32,000 bases of DNA, from positions 120,001 through 152,000 of the forward strand of contig JAUIFI010000001.1 of NCBI GenBank assembly GCA_030429505.1, in the 5' to 3' direction. Made by a program: the position numbers and the translations under genes. The notes beneath the pieces are model-generated. The model was not told the DNA's origin, ran no database searches, and saw only the letters and a list, made by a program, of their open reading frames with translations. The DNA comes from Candidatus Saccharimonadota bacterium (GTDB lineage Bacteria; Patescibacteriota; Gracilibacteria; UBA4473). Positions 31,328 to 32,000 of the stretch are shown piece by piece. Position 1 is the stretch's first letter; each line of letters begins with the position of its first letter.

Positions 31328-31834
31328 TTAGACACCAATGTTGACTGAGTTCACAATCAAAAGAGAAATAAGCAAACCAAAGATAGCATAAGTCTCAATG
31401 ATAACTGAAAGTACAATAGCTTTCCCTGCCATAGACTCGTTACGGGCAATGGTGCCAATACTAGAAGCTGCTACTTTTCCTTGCATCCAGCCGGACGTAA
31501 GCCCAGCAATACCCATCAAAATTCCAGCCAAAAGAAGTTGCATTCCAGCTTCAACGGATACAGACGCACCACCTTCAAACATTTTAATTTTGGCCAGAGT
31601 CAAAATAGCAATCAAAAGACCATAGACTCCTTGTGAACCAGGAAGAGCGGTAATTACGAGGACTTTACCAAAGAGATTTGGTTTTTCCGCTAAAACGCCA
31701 GCTCCCTTTGAGCCTGGACCAGAAATACCAAGTGAAGAACCAAGACCAGCCAAAGCCGCCGCGGTGATACCACCAAGGATAGCTAGAACTGAGCCTGAGA
31801 GATGAAGAGCCGTTGTCGGATCTGATTCAATCAT
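31328..31834 (-). CDS. ntpK: V/A-type ATPase proteolipid subunit K (duplicated, four-helix c subunit)
   Basis: 168 aa with four hydrophobic helices. Closely resembles Enterococcus hirae NtpK as I recall it: LPGSQGVYGL (LPGTQGLYGF), SGWMQGKVAAS (SGIAQGKVAAA), IETYAIFGL (VETYAILGF). Confidence 0.9.
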   Translation of the reverse strand: MIESDPTTALHLSGSVLAILGGITAAALAGLGSSLGISGPGSKGAGVLAEKPNLFGKVLVITALPGSQGVYGLLIAILTLAKIKMFEGGASVSVEAGMQLLLAGILMGIAGLTSGWMQGKVAASSIGTIARNESMAGKAIVLSVIIETYAIFGLLISLLIVNSVNIGV

Positions 31835-31863
31835 AAGAAAAGAAATAAAAAATAAAAATAATA

Positions 31864-32000
31864 TTAACGAAAGAAAAGATATTTTTTTTGACGAACAAAT
31901 GGTTGAAACTTACGACCATTTCCATCAAAAAACTTACTAAAAAACTCAATAAATTGCAAACGTCCTGAGTGTACAAAAGCGCCCAAAAGAGACAAGAAAA
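31864..32000 (-). CDS. ntpI: V/A-type ATPase subunit I (a subunit), C-terminal fragment cut by the window edge
   Basis: I translated the minus strand from 31998 myself: FLSLLGAFVHSGRLQFIEFFSKFFDGNGRKFQPFVRQKKYLFFR*, with the TAA at 31866-31864. The HSxRLxxxEFxxKFxxGxGxxFxPF motif is the conserved C-terminus of subunit I. The ORF is too short to appear in the supplied track. Confidence 0.8.
   Translation of the reverse strand, partial: FLSLLGAFVHSGRLQFIEFFSKFFDGNGRKFQPFVRQKKYLFFR

Noticed and set aside
1-32000. Possible alternative genetic code (UGA read as Gly, as in some CPR lineages)
   Set aside because: Conserved genes (dnaB, murA, fba, lgt, dgt) are full-length under the standard code. 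TGA also works as the stop in ATGA-type coupled junctions at 13111-13114, 27143-27146 and 30727-30730. No gene appears fragmented at TGA.

Overview
AT-rich, gene-dense bacterial window that reads cleanly with the standard code. TGA terminates genes at several ATGA-coupled junctions, and DnaB, MurA and aldolase are intact, so there is no UGA recoding. The gene repertoire suggests a reduced-genome CPR/Patescibacteria-like organism; this is inference from content only.

Housekeeping content: rplU, dnaB, murA, lgt, eukaryote-type class I fructose-bisphosphate aldolase, dGTPase-like HD hydrolase, WecA/TagO-like GT4 transferase, LCP ligase, nitroreductase, a coupled 2Fe-2S ferredoxin plus FNR-like reductase, LemA, DUF167, and a GNMT-like methyltransferase. 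It also holds the membrane/stalk half of a V/A-type ATPase operon (I-K-E-C-F, with I truncated by the window edge).

The accessory content is two clusters, 1466-3779 on + and 5918-12335 on -. They encode five paralogous proteins sharing a VirB2/'T4SS-pilin'-like two-helix hairpin module. The module is variously fused to a coiled-coil region, Cys-bracketed DNDGDG calcium-binding-like modules, and a CAP/SCP/PR-1 domain. The minus cluster also encodes a second secreted CAP protein, a small helical protein and an alpha-solenoid repeat protein. No secretion ATPase or other T4SS part is present. I consider this the most likely candidate for an undescribed cell-surface display or host-interaction system.

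Other notable points:
- A single in-frame TAA separates the second CAP ORF from the solenoid ORF.
- The V-ATPase proteolipid carries a Na+-binding signature.
- The V-ATPase operon lacks adjacent A/B/D genes.
- Extended -10 elements recur very close to start codons, and Shine-Dalgarno sequences are mostly absent.
- A 394-nt non-coding gap contains a nested palindrome.
- A structured leader precedes the methyltransferase gene.

No rRNA, tRNA, CRISPR array, transposase or integrase was recognised by eye.
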